A DNA stretch of 64,000 nt from positions 1-64,000 of the forward strand of contig CBDBZY010000041.1 of assembly GCA_965213685.1 (NCBI GenBank), in the 5' to 3' direction. Shown in pieces: positions 1 to 12,821 of this stretch. Under the pieces are notes generated by a model. The model was not told the origin of the DNA, ran no database searches, and saw only the letters and a list, made by a program, of their open reading frames with translations. The position numbers and the translations under genes were made by a program. The DNA comes from a bacterium (GTDB lineage Bacteria; UBA8248). Position 1 is the first letter of the stretch, and the number at the start of each line of letters is the position of its first letter.

Positions 1-497
1 TACGAAGTGTGATCTGCGCTAACAAAACGTTAGTATCTTCTCTACTATGGGCAGAATCTAGAGCCCCAGACAACTTTACCATATTTGGAAGCCATTTTCT
101 AATAATTATTGTCACGTGGCGCAACTTGTAATCACGTGAGGGCGGGCCTCGCGAAGTCACGCCTATTTCTCGATGGCTTGACATAGCAAAGGCTACTCGA
201 TCTTTTGTCACTGAAAAGAGCACGTTCTTACTTCGCCGTACAATTGTACAACGAATGTTAAGGTAACTGGTATGAGTTAGCTAGTCAGATACACTGAGGA
301 AACTACTCTAGCTCAGGACATTTTAGAGGGGCTCAGCCTCCCAACATCGTAAGTGACTGATCACGGGGTTTAAGGCCCACTCGTATCTCCGCCGCTGACT
401 GGTAGCAATGGCTGCTCTGATCACTGATATGTTTGTTGGATTTTGAATGAAACTTGCAAGAACATTTTGTGTACTATTGTACAAGAAAAAGTACACA

Positions 498-865
498 AAC
501 AAGTATGAAAAACATTTTCCAAAAATGTAGAGGGATGTAGGGATGGCAGTGCCAAAAACCACAGAAACTAGGTGTAGAGATGGCAGTGTACAGGCAAGAC
601 AGGTTATAAAAAGACTACACAAGCAACCCCATCCCTACATCTTTTTTTTTCTCACCACATGGCATTGATGTTCCCAGAATTCTCATAGCTAAACTCACAG
701 AACAATTTCAAACAAAAAGAAAGATGTAGGGATGGGGTTGCTTGTGTAGTCTTTTTATAACCTGTCTTGCCTGTACACTGCCATCTCTACACCTAGTTTC
801 TGTGGTTTTGGCACTGCCATCCCTACATCCCTCTACATTGTTGTAAAATGTTTTTCATACTTGTT
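498..865. repeat. Inverted repeat, ~150-bp arms with ~65-bp spacer
   Basis: 498-650 is the near-exact reverse complement of 714-865; a related fragment occurs near 20275-20315. Confidence 0.9.
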
Positions 866-2174
866 ATAGTAGGTATAGTAACTGCCTAATATAATTATAG
901 GTGTAGTAACTACCAAAACACCCCTTGTGGTAGAGCAGTGGAAATGGATAAGAGTGAGCAAGAAGAACGAGAGGTAACTGGTAGCATGGTTAAGTGGAAG
1001 TACAACGTTGCCATGGTTGACAATATTGAGAGTGACACTAGTGAAACTGAAGATGGGAATGAAAATAATCGTTTATGCCTGACATTTGTGATACAACAGT
1101 GAGGGATGTTTAAGATGCTTTCCCTCACATTCTTCATGTGATGAAGAAGTATCACCTGCATGTGCTTATGTGCTGCTGTGGTATTCATTTTAGCCTATAT
1201 CAATGAGGCATGTATTACTTTCTTCTTATACATCTACCAGACAGGATGTGGCTCGTTTACATTTGTGGAACTCTGTCCTTGATTCATGCTGTTTCCTTAT
1301 GTCCCCTAATGTGAAAAACGTTTTTGGAGGTCCCAGAAGTAGAGATTTTCACCACTCGTAACTCCACTACACCTTGGCGGAACCAGGTAACTTTGCTGTA
1401 TGTTATAACTATCAGCATGCCTGACTTATAGCGCTCGAACTGTGAGAATTGGCTTAGGCAAACCAAAATGAGAGCTTCTGCGTTGGGTACTGCGAGCGCC
1501 GACCAGCAAATAGTGTTTAGATGCGGCGCTATCGTGGGGCGCTTGAGTAACGAGCAGTGTTGTACTACACACAGGTAGAACGCAAAAGGGCTGCTCTACT
1601 TGCTAGTATTTGCTCAAGTCGCCAGGTCGAGTCGCTGCCAAGATATAACGAGGAAAAGAAACAGGATGTAAGTGATGAGAAAATTGCGCAATGGAATGTA
1701 AGCACGTAATGACTTCCTGTATCTGCAATAGTTGGACCGCTGGCCTATCAGCTGACACTTCCTAATTGATGCCTCCTCGGCGCGTCACGTGCATTCAAAT
1801 TTAGTCGCGTGTATGTTAAATGGCAGTTCTCTGGACAGAAGGTTTTGGAAGATAGACAACCCTGAAGTAGTAATATGGCCTACCTAACTGAGTTGGTTGT
1901 TTCTTTTCGAACCACCGTAAACGTAGTCGCCACTCTTTAGGTACAACTCGGAGTGGGGTGAGCTTGTGGACCTGGAACCTAACGTGTAAAAGTTAGCTCA
2001 CAGCTGTTGTTACGGCAGTGTTGGTCACTCCACCAGCAAGCTTACTTGGCGCATTGTGTTCAGACAAGGTGAGGTCTTATTTCACAGATTCTCCTAGCAT
2101 TTCATTCTACATGTATATAGGTAACAGTACGTGTGTGATCATGTACATGTAACTGTCGCCTTAGGTATAGCTAT

Positions 2175-2642
2175 CACGTTGGGCTGTGTGGTCATGTGAC
2201 TATTAGTCTGCTTTGTGACTGTGTGACCGTCAGTCTGATACGTTGGGCTTTGTGGTCATAGGACCGTCAGTCTGATGTGTTGGGCTTTGTCCGTTGGGCT
2301 TTGTGGTTGTGTGACCCGTCAGTCTAATGTGTTGGGCTTAGTCTGGCTTTGTGGTTGTGTGACCCGTCAGTCTAATGTGTTGGGCTTAGTCTGGCTTTGT
2401 GGTTGTGTGACTGTCAGTCTAATGCGTTGGGCTTTGTGGTCATGTGACCGTCAGTCTGATGCATTGGGCTTTGTGGTCATGTGACGGTCAGTCTGATGCG
2501 TTGGGCTTAGTCTGGCTTTGTAGTTGTATGACCGTCAGTCTAATGCGTTGGGCTTTGTGGTCATGTGACCGTCAGTCTGATGCATTGGGCTTTGTGGTTG
2601 TGTGACCATCAGTCTGATGCGTTGGGCTTTGTGGTCGTGTGG
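2175..2642 (+). repeat. Minisatellite, ~35-46-bp units (GTGACCGTCAGTCTGATGCGTTGGGCTTTGTGGTCAT)
   Basis: About a dozen head-to-tail degenerate copies with no unique spacers. Confidence 0.9.
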
Positions 2643-3867
2643 TCGCCCATCAAATTGAGACCCAGCCTCTATTTACTAGTTGACTCAATTTACCCCCAGC
2701 CTATAAACGAGGCTGGCTTCTATTCAGAGCAGGCCTCTATTCGAGGAAATACAGTACACATTTTGATGAGTGTATATGAATATGTTCTCCTTGCAGGTGT
2801 CCATATTGCCCTCGCAAATGTACCTTACATTTACATGCAGGATTGCTTGATGAGTTTGTGGCTGCTAACAAAGACAGGAACCACACATAGTGGCTGACAG
2901 ATGAAATGATGGAGTTTTATATCTACATTGAACCCAAGTGTCTCCTGTCTGTTGGTTCACTTGCCAATGCTCTGGAGCACATGCTTTATCCAAGGTCACA
3001 GAAAACTAAGATGAGCATCCTTTACTACTGTTTCCTCTTCACACATTCCAGTCAATTTACAACTGCCCTTGTATATACATGTTTATTCTGCATGGTTATT
3101 ACTTCTATAATTATGTAGATGTGTAAAATATGTATTGATGAACCTATATAGCCTCATTCCCAGGCTCTCCCCCCCTAGCGCACGCGTATGACCTTTGACC
3201 GCACAAGAATAAAAAATTGGGGGGAGAGCCTGGTACATATTATCAACTACATATTGTGGCAACGGAGAGTGATGAAAACGTGGAACATCACATCTATATT
3301 GAGTCTGAGTGTCTTATAACAGTAAATTATGTTGAAGATGTTCTTGCCGACCTCATATGTGCTTATTTTGTTTTGAATATAGCCTATCTTAATAGTTTGT
3401 ACCCTATCCTCATTTTCTTTCAGCACTTTGTACTTGGTGTAAAAGATAGCCAGAAAATTCTGTCATCCATGTCATCTCTCTGGTCTTCTCTATGTCCATA
3501 AAGTTTGTAAAAGAAGTTTGTTGATGTATTCTACAATGTTAACATCTATTTGGCACCAACAAAAGCAAATTTAAAGTGAAACTACTAGCTAGACCAATGT
3601 TTGTCATAACTCCATGGAAGAGTAATAGACTAGTTGCTATGACTCTTCAGAGGAGTTGCAATGACCCTAGAAGATGTAACAGGCTAGTTGACATCACTCC
3701 ATAGAGGAGTAATAGACTAGTTCCTATGACTCTTCAGAGGAGTTGCCATGATCCTATAGAGTTGTCATGACTCCATAGTGGAGTAAAAAGATAACTCCCC
3801 TAGGAGTTTAATTTGCCCACTCGTGGGAACTCCTCTAAACACACAACTCTACATTTTTAACAGTGTA

Positions 3868-4120
3868 GAAATCCGCTCCAGCAGAACGGCTAGGTGGGCT
3901 CGCTCCCGCTCACCCGAATCGTGAGGTGTATCCAAGACTTGCTAGAGAGGTCCAGCTCACTCGGTCTTCTCCCTGTGAAGTAACTGGATGTGATCGAGCC
4001 GGCTTTACGTTTGGGCGTAGCGTGGGGGCCCGCAGGGACCAAAATGTTTCATCGCTGGATGACATATGAAAATTCGCTCCAGCGGAACGACTAGGTGGAC
4101 TCGCTCCCGCTCGCCCAATT
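3868..4120 (-). mobile_element. Helitron2/Helentron-like 5'-end fragments (two partial copies)
   Basis: GGCTCGCTCCCGCTC(G/A)CCC motif twice; 3918-4120 aligns with 15000-15170 joined to 16625-16677. Confidence 0.6.
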
Positions 4121-4426
4121 ATCTGCGATAGGAACTTATATATAACTCTCACGAAGGTGTGGTTAACAAGAATTCCAATCCACGTCACCCTTGTTGGCAA
4201 TCTACACTCTACTGTATTCATGAGACTAATAACAGTCATGAGGTTGCTATCACGTAGTTCCAAATGGCTAACGGAAGGTATGAATACACGAGATGCACAG
4301 GTTTCTTTGCAGTTCTAGTGAAAATATTATGCTGGCCCAACTTGAGATATAGAGATGATTACGTAGCTAATGATCAGCAATGGCAGCTTCATATTCATGC
4401 ACATCCAGAGTAATCTACTGCCGTTA

Positions 4427-4770
4427 CACTACAAAAAAGAGATGGTTATTTTAACCTCGCTAAGCTTATCTCAGTTGTAGCTGAATGACATCATGTCACC
4501 CCCCACACTGAGTTCTTATTTCTCCTATACTCTTGAGACTGAAGGCATGGATTGTGGGCAATGTGTAGGGTGTCTCCAAAATGTAACTCGGTGTTGTAAA
4601 ATAATTGTGTGCTATGATAGGAATTAGACAGGGGATGGGTAAACAGCCCATCATGGGTGGTCACTCCTCTGTCATGCTCGGTAGCCTAATGGCTGTCATT
4701 TACTCTACCACTTAATCCCCCACAACTATACTTGATTGTCCATTCTACACAGTGTATGTATAGAATGGAC
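4427..4770. mobile_element. CACTA-type MITE, truncated
   Basis: CACTACAAAAAAGAGATGGTTATTTTAACC terminus; reverse complement of the distal part of the copies at 62298-63178. Confidence 0.75.
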
Positions 4771-5109
4771 GGGTGGTCGGACATCATGAATATTTATAAG
4801 GCGGCTGGTTGCTATGGGATTATATTTCGGAAAGTATGCTAGCTATAAACGCTGCGATTGCGCCATTATAATGCCTGCATGCACCACTGCTGCTGTACAT
4901 AGCTTCAGGACTTTTGCTTACCCGCAGGTCAGATGCTGAAGCGGTCCAATCTTGGCCGTTTTTCGATAAAACTTCCTAACCAAGTCACCTACCTCCTTGA
5001 AACTCAGGTACTAGAGCTATTCGCACTAGACGAATCGATTAACGTGGCCATTTTCGGTCTAGCGTACACGCAAGCTCGAGTTTTTGAATGTTTCTCAGCG
5101 TTGGAGCGT

Positions 5110-5227
5110 TGTAGTTCCGTTCCCAGGCCCTCTGCTCGAGCGATTGTTACGCGCGACCTTTGACCCCCGTGGTTTCAAAGGTCACGCATCAACATCGCGC
5201 GCGGGGGAGAGCCTGGGGACGAGGCTA
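5110..5227. mobile_element. TAG..CTA (Academ-like) MITE
   Basis: ..GTTCCCAGGC..GCCTGGGGACGAGGCTA ends; related pieces at ~3150-3235, 31577-31627 and 51520-51602. Confidence 0.6.
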
Positions 5228-5855
5228 GGAACGTTGAATTCGGAATAACTCCACGTTACGGTCTGCGTCACCTGCTCAGGATGACGCAAACGGCTGGAAA
5301 TCCCATTCCCGAACAACCCGGAAGAGTTTTACAGTTATGCACGCTTAATTGCTACGGCATGCAAGGATTCCGTAGTTTTCATGGCAACACCCCAGGAATG
5401 TACGTTAAGTGCCAATTAACCTTGTACGCGGACCGCGCCAAATACGCATCTGGCCATGTGAGCGAGCTAGGAGCTAGCTAGCAAGCTTTAGTGTGTGCGG
5501 TGGCTTTTAGAAAAGCTGGTTAGAGAGAAAGAAAAGGAAGAAGAGGCGATTAGGGCAAGCGGGACTCCGAATCAACAGCGCGGCACGATCTCTCTCAGCT
5601 TCTGCTTTAGCGGCTTGCTCCGTACTCCCCGTTGCCAAAGAATGCTCTGGAACTCGTCACTCGTCGCACACTGAGACGACCTCACTTCACATACGGCTGA
5701 ATACGTCAAGTGAAAGGCGCCGCTCCAGGCGCTTGGCTTGGGTAACAGTGACACGCTTCCCCAGAGACTGAACAAGCGCGCACACCCTACCTCTCTGTGT
5801 TCCTTATGACCGTAGACCAGACTGCAAGCGAGCCTATAGCAGGCACTCGTAGCTA

Positions 5856-7053
5856 CAGCGTTTCACACGTGCACTAGAAGAGTACAATGGCCACTTTTTC
5901 ACATTTTGTCACATATCTCCAAGACTCTACAAGTAGTTGACACAAATGACATATCAGTGATCTCCAAGGTTTGCTGTTTAATTTGATTATGACAATATGT
6001 TGTCACGTGACAGTCAGCAGCTGTGGTAGGGCTTCAAAGATAGACGGTTTGGAAAAAGTGTTAGGATCGAGATTTCCGTAATCATGGGAGTTAAGGTCTG
6101 AAACTGCAGCAAACGAATCATCACTAATGGGACCAACTTTGAGCCAAGTACCGCTTCTTAATTACCACCCGTTTCGACAGCACGAGCCAAAATGGAGGTT
6201 TTTAAGGGGCTCTAACGTTAGCATCGGGAAATGCACAGGAGTGGGAGTTAAGCTCCGATATTTCGGGAGTCAATTCTAAATTCGTCGTAGTTTAGGTTTA
6301 TACTTACCCCACGAAGCGTCTCCAAACCGTCACGACACTAACGAGCCTTTTACCCGAAAACGGTGCATTTTGGCGGCCATTTGTGAAGTATGACGTCTAT
6401 CTTTGTTCCACGTGGCTTTTATGACGTCATACGTAACACGTGCGCAAACGAAAACGAACGAAAACGGTGATTTTGTAATAGGATATCATCATTTGTGACG
6501 TCAACGTGTTACGGTCATAATGTACACTATAATGCAAGCACGTGAAAAATGGCCGCCAAAATGCACCGTTTTCGGGTAAAAGGCTCGTTAGTGTCGTGAC
6601 GGTTTGGAGATGCTTCGCGAGGTAAGTATACACTACGACGAATTTGCATTTGACTACCGAAGTATCGGAGCTCAACTCCCAATCCTGTGCATTTCCCGAT
6701 GCTAACGTTAGAGCCCCTTAAAAACCTCCATTTTGGCTCGTGCTGTCGAAACGGGTGGTAGTTAAGAAGCGATACGTGGCTCAAAGTTGCTCCCATTAGT
6801 GATGATTTGTTTGCTGCAGTTTCAGACCTTAACTCCTATGGTTACGGAAATCTCGATCCTAACACTTTTTCCAAACCGCCTATCTTTGAAGCCCTACCAC
6901 AGCTGTTGACTGTCACGTGACAACATATTATTTAAACAGCAAACCTTGGAGATCACTTTAATATGTCACTTGTGTCAACTACTTGCAAGGTCTTGGAGAT
7001 ATGTGACAAAATGTGAAAAAGTGGCCATTGTACTCCTCTAGTGTGAAACACTG
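5856..7053. mobile_element. Foldback DNA transposon with ~520-bp TIRs and TA TSD (Tc1/mariner-type signature)
   Basis: 5856-6382 is the reverse complement of 6548-7053; TA at 5854-5855 and 7054-7055; no transposase ORF. Confidence 0.85.
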
Positions 7054-8430
7054 TACAAACGAACTGCAGCGTAAACGCGCGCAGCTGTTGCATGTTTGTG
7101 GTTTCCACTAATTAACCCATGCAGCCGCGCCGTGCACATTCCTTTGGAGCCGCATAGTATCCATGTCCGACCGCCCTTAAGTTTGTATCGAGTTTCTGTA
7201 CTGTACAGTGTTTACGAGATGGCCCAAAAAGGACAGTCATGACTAAAACGCTGGTGTTGAATGCCCTAACACAGTGTCACTCCAGTTCCTTTCCCTGTTT
7301 GTAGGCCATGAAAGAGGATGAAGAATATCAATAGTTTTGCCACCATATACATGTATATGTCAACCTAACTACTGATACCACCCAGCCAATAAAAGCGTTG
7401 ACATAATAAATATATGACCATAAGCATACATGAAGTCCTGCCAGCTCCATGCATGTACAGGCTGACACAGCATTTAGATACCAAGTTACTCCACTATGTC
7501 ATAACTATCTATGATCACAGCAATGTCTCGTGTTCTCACCTGTCGAATGAGTAGACTGAGTACTTGGGAGTAGGAGGTGCCCTCACGTGTAGTGATGGAG
7601 GTTGCTGGTGTCTCGGAAGAGCTAGGAGAGTAAGCTTACTGTGGCTTGAGTTCAGCTGCGATTGTTTGGTTGGTTGCGATTCGTCCTGGCACTAGATGGA
7701 GACTCTCTCCTCACAATCAGTAAAAGATTCTGTAGGCGTTTATGTCAGTACTGCTATAATGGTTAGGCTGCTTGAAGCTCGTGTGGCACGGTAGGAAGAG
7801 CACTCCGTGTATAGTATCTACCACTTGTGGCAAGCTACACGCTTTGCTTCCGTAGTAATACAAGGTACAGTCAGTTGCGATCCTTTCCTTGATTTAGCGA
7901 TCAGGACTGCCAAGAAGACCGATGGCTGCTTCTCGTGTTTGTGAAGTACTAGCTGGCGTAGTGAAACTAGCTTGCTAGCAGAAGGCTACTGCGTAGACTG
8001 CAGGAATGAACCCCACCCTCCGCGGAGCTAATTACGTGTTGCACCAGCTTGGGTGCGCATGCGCAGATTGTAAGTCGCGAATAACAATTACAGCCCGTAG
8101 TAGGAGCTAAAGAGAATATGCACAAAATTATGGTAGTGTTTTGATACGTATGTGCCAAATGTGCATGTATGTGTACGTATGTATGAGCAGTTATTGCTGC
8201 AGTTATTGCTCCGCATATAGTGATATGAGTACAGACACAAAAGATTGTGCAACTCTGCAACCTCTTTAATACAAAAGGAGGTGCGCGAATTGTTAATAAA
8301 GCAGCATTAGTGATTATTTCTAAGAATTGGAAGTACAATTATAGAAATATCAGAATACAGTGTATGTACCAGTACATGTATTTATACATGTATCAAGACA
8401 TATATACTAAGTCTTGCAGTTTAGTAATAG

Positions 8431-8745
8431 CACTGCAAAAATTTCATGGTTACCTTAACCGTTTAATATGGTTACCTCAGTTGCACATTTGCTCTCTCAG
8501 CATCTGGCACTGAAGTAATATATAGAATGTTCAAAATGTGTAGGATATCCTTCAAGAAATGTGGAGGATTGAGGAATAGAGTAAATTTCAATCACTTGGT
8601 CCATTGAGCATGGCCTAGCAGTGACGCCCCTATAGGGCTGTTTACCTGTCACATATCAAGTTCCTACCATAGCAAACATTACTCTGGTTATGCTCTGGAA
8701 TCACCCTACACATTGCACACATGCTATCAGTCTCAAGGATATAGA
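8431..8745. mobile_element. CACTA-type MITE, partial
   Basis: CACTGCAAAAA..GGTTACCTCAGTTGCACATTT, shared with the 59411, 62298 and 62773 copies. Confidence 0.7.
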
Positions 8746-9579
8746 TGAAAGATTAATTGAACATGAGAACAAACAAAATTTATATAGAAATGGATAGCTA
8801 CTGACTGAAATGGAACGAATAGTATCCAAAATCAAATGCTATGATGGTGAGTGAGATGGTGGTGGTGGAGGGTGGCTGGGTCTGGTGGAGGAGAGAGCTT
8901 GAGCAAGCTGTTTTAGTGGGCAGGGCACACTGCAAACACTGGTATGCAGAACTGCATAAAACTGTGGGTACTGATGCGTCGTGCCTGTATTATTACAGCG
9001 CTATGGGTGCTGGGGAGCACTCTGGACCAGTGGGTGGGTATGAAGGGGCAGGCGAGTGGCATGACTGGCTGGGCTGTAGGATGGACAAGTTGGTGAGTGT
9101 GATGGTGAGCCAGGGCAGTTCCCAGGAGATGCTGGAGAGTGCTTCAGTATGGTGAGGGCATGTGTATGTCATACGTCATGTTATGTGGTTGTGGCCTGTG
9201 CTAGGGTAGCAGGGAGTCTGGACTGGACTGACCTTTTGTACTAATTGTGTTAATGAAAAGCACTAAAGTGCAAACCCTCAGCGCAGTTACATTGCACACT
9301 ACAACTGCCTGCACTGATGATGCAAGCATGCATTGTTGGTTTAAGTCAACTCAAATTATTGCTATTTTCTAGTACCCTGCCTTGCCTTGCACGTTGTAGG
9401 CTCTACACGTGTGCGCCTTGTACACGCATGCGCTTACCCGAAACTATTTTCGCACTAGCTTTACGGATGCGAAACGGAGAAGTATACGAAACATTGCAGC
9501 GTGAATAAAATGGCGGACTCGAGCTGGCTACTAGCGGCATAGATACTAGTATCTATGCCGCTAGTAGCCAGCTCGAGGT

Positions 9580-9977
9580 ATAGACCTTATGCAATTATTA
9601 CGTCATTAATTAACATAGCAACGTACGTGGGCGTAGTCCGCGTTACTAAGTGAGTGGCGGAAATCATTTCCTGCGCAGTGGGTAGCGAGCCGACTGCGGT
9701 CAGAGCATGGCTGATTGCGGCAATCACCGAAGGTTTTCCGCGCATTACATGCAGCTAGATGCCCAGGCATATTCCATATCTGCATCTGTAGCTACCAATG
9801 ATATGAACCAAGACGGAAAGTGGTGCTATTGCAGAGATGAAGAACACGGACAGATGATTGCTTGTGACAGCATTATTGGCTGGTATCATATTGATTGCCT
9901 CAAACTTAGTATCCCTGAGGGAAGCTGGCTTTGTCCAGATTGTAGAAAGTAGCAACTAATTGTGAACTAAAGTCTAT
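9580..9977 (+). mobile_element. Internally deleted ISL2EU/Harbinger-like element
   Basis: Short imperfect ATAGAC..GTCTAT termini enclosing a PHD-finger ORF; superfamily is inferred. Confidence 0.45.
9707..9952 (+). CDS. 81-aa ORF with ING-type PHD finger, probably transposon-derived
   Basis: WCYCR..GQMIACD..WYHIDCL..IPEGSWLCPDC matches C4HC3 except that the fourth Cys is missing. Confidence 0.55.
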   Translation: MADCGNHRRFSAHYMQLDAQAYSISASVATNDMNQDGKWCYCRDEEHGQMIACDSIIGWYHIDCLKLSIPEGSWLCPDCRK

Positions 9978-10819
9978 TTGACTTCACCTGAGCCCCGGAA
10001 GTAGCTGTGGTTTACTTGCTTACGCAAGCGCCTGTCATAGTTACAACTACGCGCATTTTTGCGGTTAATGGCATGTGCGGGCATTTAGCCCTTTGCCTCG
10101 GCCTTTATACCCACACGCTCTCGAGCTAGGCCAGGTTAGACCCAGGACTAGGCTAGAGATAAGGCTAGGGCTACCGGCGCTACGGCTAGGCTAAGAGCTG
10201 GAGCGCGGAGGCGAGTTCGCGTCCGTTGGGACAGCTGTTCCATGTTTCACTGCCTATAATGTAAAGTCTAGGATAGCAGCTTGCTCTAATCACCTGAAAA
10301 ACCTTTGTTTCCAAAGTTTCTTGCAACTCTTACTCTGTGACAGTCTACACAGACTACAGTGTACGTACGTGCCATCTTCGCGCGAGGCGCGCGCGTGGAG
10401 GTCACGCGCACTAAATTCGTTGTGGTCAATGGCATCTCCATACTTTCTTTATGGAACATACAGGTAACTTTCGAACAAGAAGGATTCAGGCGTAATGAAA
10501 GGTATCGTTAGACGCGGAAGAGCGCAAGGATTACGTTGGTGTTTCAATTTTTGAAATTCGATAAAAAAAATTAAGGGAATTATGGCTAACAGTTGAGGGC
10601 TCAGGTGAAGTCAAATAGACTTTAGATACTAGTGCTGTATGCATGATCATTGCAATGACATTGTGTAATATACACAGAATGTACAAGTACAGTAATTGCA
10701 TGTAGCTACACATCACTCAGAAGGAACAACTGAGTCGCAACAGTTACACAGAGCACAACATACAGTTACAACGCTTTCTTTTCGTGGACATGGGCACGTA
10801 CTCGAAGACAGTGGGCACG

Positions 10820-11390
10820 TATGCTGGAGAAAGAGGAGAAAAGTAGTTGGGAGGGAGAATGTGGGGAATATGAGGGGGAAGGGGAGAGGGAAGTGTGGGG
10901 GAGAAAAGGAGAGAGGGGGGATAGGGGGAAGGGGGGAGGGGGAGTGGGGGAGAGGGAGGAAGAGAGGGAGTGGGGGGAGAGGGGGAGGAAGGAGGGAGGG
11001 AGAGAAAGAGGGAGAGGGAGAGAGGGAGGGAAAGAGGGGAAGAGGGAGAAAGGAGGAGGGAGGGAGGGGGAGAGGGGGATGATGAGGAGGGGAGAAGGGG
11101 GTATGGGAGGGAGGGGGAGTACAGGGGGAGAGGGGGATATAGGGAGTAGAGGGGGAGGTGGGGGAGAAAGAAAGGGGGAAAGGGGAAGAATTCGAAGGGG
11201 AGAGAGGGAGAGGGGGAAGGGGGTGGGGAGAGAGGAAAAGGGAGGAAAGGGGAAGGGAAGAAAGTAGGGAGAGGGAAAGTGAGGGGCGAGGAGGAAAGGA
11301 GGGGTGGGGGGGGGGAGGAGGAAGGGGAAGAGAGGAATCAAAGGAGGAAGGGTGGAATGGGGAGGAGTAGAGGGTGAGAGGAAAGGAGTG
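10820..11390 (+). repeat. G/A-rich low-complexity tract
   Basis: ~570 bp almost entirely purine on the + strand. Confidence 0.95.
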
Positions 11391-12090
11391 TGATAGACTA
11401 TAGAAATGTATGTGTTATGTCATTCTGTGTAATGCATCACACTGTGGCTATGATCTCTGTGTATCACTCCGTATACTTAGTGTATGTATCTATAAGTGTA
11501 TGCAATTGTATTGTACAGTCAGTCAAGTTCGGTTGAGTAGCTGTGTTCAGTCAGTGGTTAGTGAGCCTATCAGGCTTTCCCAGTAGCTCCACACACTACC
11601 GAGACTAACCTATGTGGTGGAGCAAGGATACCACAGGGAGAGAGAGAGAGAGAGAGAGAGAGGGGAGAGAGAACAAAATAACCACAGCTCACGGATTTGG
11701 CTGGAGATATCATGTAGACTGCAGAATCCTTGTTCATCTAAAATTAAAAAAAAAACAAATGTGGTGGAGTGAGGCAGGAACGAATGCTAGTCTGTTTTGT
11801 CCTCCTTTTCTCTCTTCCTTTAATTTTTTTTTGCTTCCCCTCACTATCTGCTATGCCAACATCACACACTCTCTTGTGTTTTGAGTGTTACCTGCACATC
11901 AGCTTGCAGTGGTCCTTGAGGAGTCATCTGGGAGTCACGTTTTGGGCTGGGACTGGGCCTAGGAGGAGTCTGGAGGAAACAGGTTTGTTGTGTTTAGTTC
12001 ATGACAAGACTTTTACTAATCACTACATGAACTGAGCGATATGTACAAACCTTGTCTGCTCCCTAAAAGTTCATACTGAGAAGTCCATTA

Positions 12091-12726
12091 CAGTGGAACC
12101 TCTGAATAAAGGACACTTTGGGAGCAGAGGTTTTGTCCTCTTTTCGGAGGTTGTCCTCTGGTGGGAGGTTCGAGCCAATAGGTCATTTATAGACCTAATA
12201 TACCTAGATAACATGTTCTTAAAGCTCTTAAGTACATATCTACACCATGTACTACAATTTCCAGACAAGATCACCAATGATGAACTACAAAAACATGTCA
12301 GTTTCCATAACAACACTACAAGAGACGTTCTCGGCTCAGGAGGGGGTGTGGCCCGGGGCGTCCGGACGGTTGAGTGTATAGTTGCAAGTGAAGTTGATCA
12401 ATGTCAACTTTGTCTGGTTGACATGCAGAAAGGAGTAGATAATGAAGCCTGTATTCAGAGCAATGATTTATTGTGTGTAGTTAACATTAAATTCATGCAT
12501 GAAGGATGGGTGTGGTTTCCTGTTTGTCCGTTATAAGAGGCACTTTTGTACAGAGTTGATCAGCTGGGAGCACGTGGCTTGTCCGCTGTCCGGAATCAAG
12601 ACGCGTCCGCTCGTGGGAGGTTGGCTTAACACTAGTTGTATTGTATTTTCAATCCGTGCCATAGCCAGTGTCCGTTATAGAGAGGTTGTCCGCTCGTGGG
12701 AGGGTCCGTTATGGGAGGCTCCACTA
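12091..12726. mobile_element. pogo/Tigger-like MITE
   Basis: TA-CAGTGGAACCTC..GAGGCTCCACTA-TA with subterminal GGACAC/GTCCG repeats; relatives at 22073-22240 and ~48044. Confidence 0.75.
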
Positions 12727-12821
12727 TACTTGAATCAATGCATGATGACTACAATGCAGGGAGTTTACTAGTCTTAGTATTATAATCATTTACGCAGACA
12801 TACACATATGCCATTGCTCAC

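Larger units (their letters stand above)
1..3865. mobile_element. Decayed CACTA/EnSpm-type element, right part (left end not identified)
   Basis: Ends in TTTTTAACAGTG (3854-3865; CACTG terminus on - strand) preceded by subterminal ATGACTC/GGAGT repeats (3590-3830). + strand remnants YNSEWGELVDLEP (~1940-1980) and ORF 3217-3501 (LICAYFVLNIAY..LYPILIFFQHFVLG) resemble the SAMD3-like accessory protein of animal EnSpm elements. Possible transposase remnants on - strand (330-440) are weak. Confidence 0.5.
4771..7176. mobile_element. Kolobok-like non-autonomous element carrying nested insertions
   Basis: Termini GGGTGGTCGGACAT / ATGTCCGACCGCCC, TTAA on the right side only; internal similarity to the reverse complement of 61149-61731. 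Confidence 0.7.

Noticed and set aside
2175-2642. Possible CRISPR array
   Set aside because: Units are contiguous and degenerate with no unique spacers; no cas genes; eukaryotic context.
7400-9300. Possible exons or transposon gene remnants
   Set aside because: No motif or splice chain could be supported by eye.
10696-11370. Long G/E/R- and P/L/S-rich ORFs
   Set aside because: Artefacts of a stop-free purine tract.
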